Origin: Nemertoderma westbladi
Taxonomy: Eukaryota > Animalia > Xenacoelomorpha
Direction: 5' to 3'
DNA: 36,043 bases
Assembly: GCA_032718475.1 (NCBI GenBank)
Contig: JAUCBJ010005145.1
Location: forward strand, 1-36,043
The number at the start of each line of letters is the position of its first letter. Position 1 is the stretch's first letter. Positions 32,389-36,043 of this stretch are shown here, one piece after another. The notes beneath the pieces are model-generated. The model had not been told where the DNA came from, made no database searches, and saw only the letters and a list, made by a program, of their open reading frames with translations. The position numbers were made by a program, and so were the translations under genes.

Positions 32389-34080
32389 CTAAAATAAGAA
32401 AATATAAAAATTATAGAGCAGCAAAGGTTAAGTAAGTCGGTATAACTTATTCGCCTATAAATCCATAATAAAGTACACTCGTACCGTTATAACAAACCAA
32501 CCTGGCCCTTCCAGAACCAAACTCCCTTGATGGTGTTATCCAGGTCCTCACCGAACACACACATCGTCCCGAACCCGTGTTTAACCATCTTCTCTATCCG
32601 TTGGAACATCCCGCCGATTAGATTGCTCGTCATAAACACCATGTTCTCCTTGAGATCCTCGGGGAAGGAATATTCGCAATACCAGATGCTGAAGTTATTC
32701 TGCCAAGGTATAATGAGTTATTAATTAATATATATTATTAATTAATTATACAGGCTTATTAGTTATTATAACATATTAATTTTTCAATGTAAGGATATGA
32801 AATAAATTTGAAGTAATATATTTTCAGTACAATAAACATATTTACTTTCTCTTTATTGAAGTTTTCCCAGAAGTGGGGAATGGCGATGGTTTGAATGTCC
32901 TCGTTGCTGTAGCAACGCTTGAAAGCGTCCAAATCAAACTCGGATTGGAAGTCCCCGAACGCGTCGGGTTTCTTCGGTTTCGGTGGCGGTACGTCCTCAT
33001 CGCTACCCGCTGTCTCCTTCTTAACTTCCTGTAACAAAAACGATCGCGGATTATATAATAATAATAAAACCAAAAGGTATTATATATATATATATATTTA
33101 AAAGACAATAGATAACAAACTACATCGTATGCCAGATTGACAGTTAAAGTTCGAAATCCCAGAATAAGTAATACAGGTTCATAACATAAAGTTTACATTT
33201 CTATTAAATTTTCTTGGTTCTACTTTATATACCGGTATATAAGGAATAGTTTTGACCAATTCTGCGAATTTTAACACAGAAAATCGATTGAATGATAAAT
33301 AAATGAAACACAAACTTTAAACAGATATCTAACCTTCTTTGGTGTTTCCTTTTTCGGCTCCGACTTTTTCTCTGGTTTCGCAGCCTTCGGGTGCAACTCG
33401 GCGTACTTCTTGGCGTCGAACTGAGCCGATTTTGTGCAGAAAACGAAAGTACCGACAACCTCCTTCACCTGGGGCTGATTAACGAAGGTGCTGAACCACC
33501 GGTTCACGTTCTCGTATGGCTGACTCAGTGTGGGGTCCAACACCTGTTTGTACGCGAGCAGCAGCGTGCAGCCCGCGGAAATATCAGCCAGAGTTAGTCG
33601 CTCGCCTACAAGGTAAGTCCGCGTACTCAAGTGATTGTTAAGTACGGCGAGAGATTTCTTAAGCTTCTCCTTCGCTTGTTCGATCTCCGCTTTGTTGTTT
33701 GGCATTAAACCTAAAGTTGGGAAAACCCACGTTACTACGGAGGGCTGCAACTCGTTGTCGGAGAAACTTATCCATTGCTGGACGAGGGCCTGACTCAGTT
33801 CATCGGCCCCCCGAAGCTGCTGATTGGCTAAATAATAGGCGATCGCGTTGCTCTCGAAGATTCCGTCCCCGGAATTCGTTACCAACGCGGGAACCTTTCC
33901 CAGCGGGAACTTCGCTAGGAATTCCTCGGTGGTGTTGGTTGTCCCGAGTTTGAACCCGGGGGCTAATTCGAGTCCCGCCCCACTGTATTTGGCGGCTATA
34001 ATACCCTTGTAGGCCCGGTGACTATCCGGGTAAGTGTAGAGCACGTTACTATGACAACCCTCAAACATATCGTTCGACAT
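32224..34080 (-). CDS. EEF1G: Eukaryotic translation elongation factor 1-gamma (eEF1B-gamma), 4 coding exons, ~430 aa: join(34080-33334, 33028-32846, 32699-32502, 32388-32224)
   Basis: GST-like N-terminal domain (VLYTYP..RAYK..IAAKYSG, FLAKFPLGKVPAL, FESNAIAYY, TYLVGERLTLADI, NVNRWF.T.VNQP), Lys/Glu linker, and EF1G C-terminal domain (FDLDAFKRCYSNED, FSIWYCEY, FMTSNLIGGMFQR, GVWFWKGQ, WQTDFSSYKWTKL, GRVFK*). Three phase-0 GT-AG introns of 305, 146 and 113 bp keep the frame. The start codon is uncertain. Confidence 0.96.
32502..32699 (-). CDS. EEF1G: EEF1G coding exon 3
   Basis: Acceptor CCTTGGCAG|AAT, donor CAG|GTTGGT; NNFSIWYCEY...GVWFWKGQ, 66 codons. Not shown in the ORF track. Confidence 0.9.
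32846..33028 (-). CDS. EEF1G: EEF1G coding exon 2
   Basis: Acceptor TTTTTGTTACAG|GAA, donor AAA|GTAAAT; EVKKETAG...FWENFNKEK, 61 codons. Confidence 0.9.
33334..34080 (-). CDS. EEF1G: EEF1G coding exon 1 (GST-like domain)
   Basis: Ends AAGAAG|GTTAGA; 249 codons counted from the ATG at 34080. Confidence 0.9.
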
Positions 34081-35747
34081 ATTAACAGACAAAGGGTAAC
34101 TGAGGTTCGATAACTGAGAAGCTACCTAGATATCAGATTTTGTACTGTTGGTTGGTTATGGCTGTATGCAGCAATGCAGGTGCTGTATGCTAAACTACTG
34201 CTACTCTTCCACCTAGGCCTACTCAAACCTAGTGAGATTGACTGAACTAGACCTGTAGACAGCTAGATTCAGATTTAGTATGCAGGCATGGCTATGAGCT
34301 AAGCTGCTAAAGGGGCGGAGTCGATATCACGCCACGCCTACCTGCAGACCTGCCTACCCCAAATCCAACGTCTGAACGTCCTTTGCCTTACCGTAGCCTT
34401 TGCCCGCCTGCAGGTGGTAGGTAGCTTACTTAACCCTGTAACCAGTCAGCCACAGCCAGACAGCAGCACAGCCAGTTAATAAAACTTAAGTAGCTTAACT
34501 GCTTAATGCTGTACCTGTAATGCAGCTGCCAGACATTCAGAATCAACAAACCAGCAAACTGCTCTACTACGACTGTAAGAATAAAATAATAGGCCTACCG
34601 GAAACAGGAAACGCTAAAATCATAAATTGTACGGTAGGTACAGCAGGACAGAGGTATGACTCCTGGCAGCCTGGGGCGATGAGCAATTGGCTCTCTGTTA
34701 ATGTCTTCTGTTAACTTAAACAGAGAACACTAACAGAGGGTTTTATCAGAGAGTGCAAATTTGGTGAGCAATTGACCTATTTTAGTTCGCTGTTAAAATG
34801 TTCTCTGTTAGCCTTCTGTTTAGGGGGTGAGCAGATCATTAACAGAGAACTAACTTTTCCTTATGCGGTCCCTTTGATGTATGAAAATTTCCATATGCGG
34901 CATCCCTTTATTCTTGTTAATGATTCAATATAAAAACATCCACTGATAATGTGTAGTGCCACCCACGATCCCGATTATGTTTACTCTATACTGTCTATAT
35001 TGTCTATACTGATCTACTCATGTGTACTCGCATGGTCAACTATATACTCAGCAACGCAACCTAAAGACATGCATAATACTGTAGAGTCCATAAAATAACG
35101 TATTAAGAGACTCATTATTTATTTAAAGACGCCTGTGGACCTTAAGGCTCCATTGCTCTAAAAAATATAATATCAGAAAAATGTTATTTTTTAACGAAAA
35201 TTTTGTTAAATCCATTCTAATTCACATAGGGGCCTCCTAATTAAAATATTGATAGCATCGATTCAATAATTAAATTTATTTAATATAGCAAAATTTAACG
35301 CTACATATAATTAGTTTATTGAAATTTGAATATTATATAACTCCGGGGGTAGAACACGTGCTATGCTATGTACAGTACTTCTTTATGAGACTACTGTACT
35401 GACTCTATACCGGTACCATTATACTGTACGTCGTGTGAGAACAGCATAAAAAACATGAAATCTAACATTTTAAAGTTGAAAAAAGAACCTTTAGAATTTT
35501 TAAATATTGCGAGCAATACAATCAAACTGCTTCCTAATGAATCCATATTAATTACACCAAAGGATGTTTAACTTCTATAAATTTAGCTAAGTGTGTCAAA
35601 TCGTAAATAGCAGAGATGGGGAGATAGGGATTAACGCATCTCGTCGAATTAATGTCTCATCCCGGCGAATAATCTTATTTAATGTTATTATACAATGTTA
35701 CTACTACTAGGATCGGCATGCTGCATCGGCATCGGCATGCTGCAAAC

Positions 35748-35793
35748 TGTCTGGGTGACACCTCCCAATTAGGCTAATTAGACCCTAATTGAC
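35748..35793 (-). repeat. Fragment homologous to the interior of the 28219-28499 MITE
   Basis: CTGTCTGGGTGACACCTCC...CTAATTAGACCCTAATTGAC is the reverse complement of 28380-28418, apart from a short internal duplication. Confidence 0.75.
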
Positions 35794-36043
35794 AACTAAA
35801 TTTAGCGGACATGAAACGCTATTCTGCGATATTTGATAGGCTCATTCATTGTTGACTTTAATTGCAGCTTGTCAGACAGTTTTTAATATATACCGGTAGT
35901 ACACCCACTGACACTTATTTTGTTTCAATTTCGCATAGTCTACTGTACTATAGAATTTATCCTGCCAGTGCCTTAAATACTGAATAGTAACTTACTGTTT
36001 ATCGGTACCGGTAAGTGTTTGTAGATTTGCGGATATGTTCTGA

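Noticed and set aside
32170-33953. Short plus-strand and off-frame ORFs over EEF1G
   Set aside because: Shadows of the EEF1G exons.
34681-34856. Short inverted AACAGAG/CTCTGTT repeats
   Set aside because: Probably a decayed MITE, but no ends or TSD can be defined.

Overview
AT-rich eukaryotic genomic DNA, probably from an invertebrate animal (GT-AG introns, microsatellites, foldback elements). The window is not prokaryotic and has no CRISPR array. From left to right it contains: (1) an intronless, open MAP2K (MKK3/4/6/7-like) ORF whose catalytic HRD is changed to CRY, i.e. a predicted pseudokinase; (2) a 16.7-kb array of a 43-bp satellite with 31-bp deletion monomers and several higher-order periods, which explains all the His/Thr-rich ORFs as artefacts; (3) a nested palindromic region rich in GTTCTAGAAC, holding a 688-bp Mutator-like non-autonomous element with a perfect 9-bp TSD; (4) a 5.1-kb foldback element with CCC...GGG ends and long inverted arms, whose left arm carries a 2.2-kb palindromic 22-bp satellite and whose central loop carries a C2H2-zinc-finger/acidic gene with its own promoter-like region and one premature stop; (5) a MITE and a Helentron-like non-autonomous element that shares a ~146-bp module with (4); (6) a possible decayed GIY-YIG fragment; (7) a four-exon eEF1-gamma gene. 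The best candidate for an undescribed system is (4). All alignments, periods and counts were made by eye.
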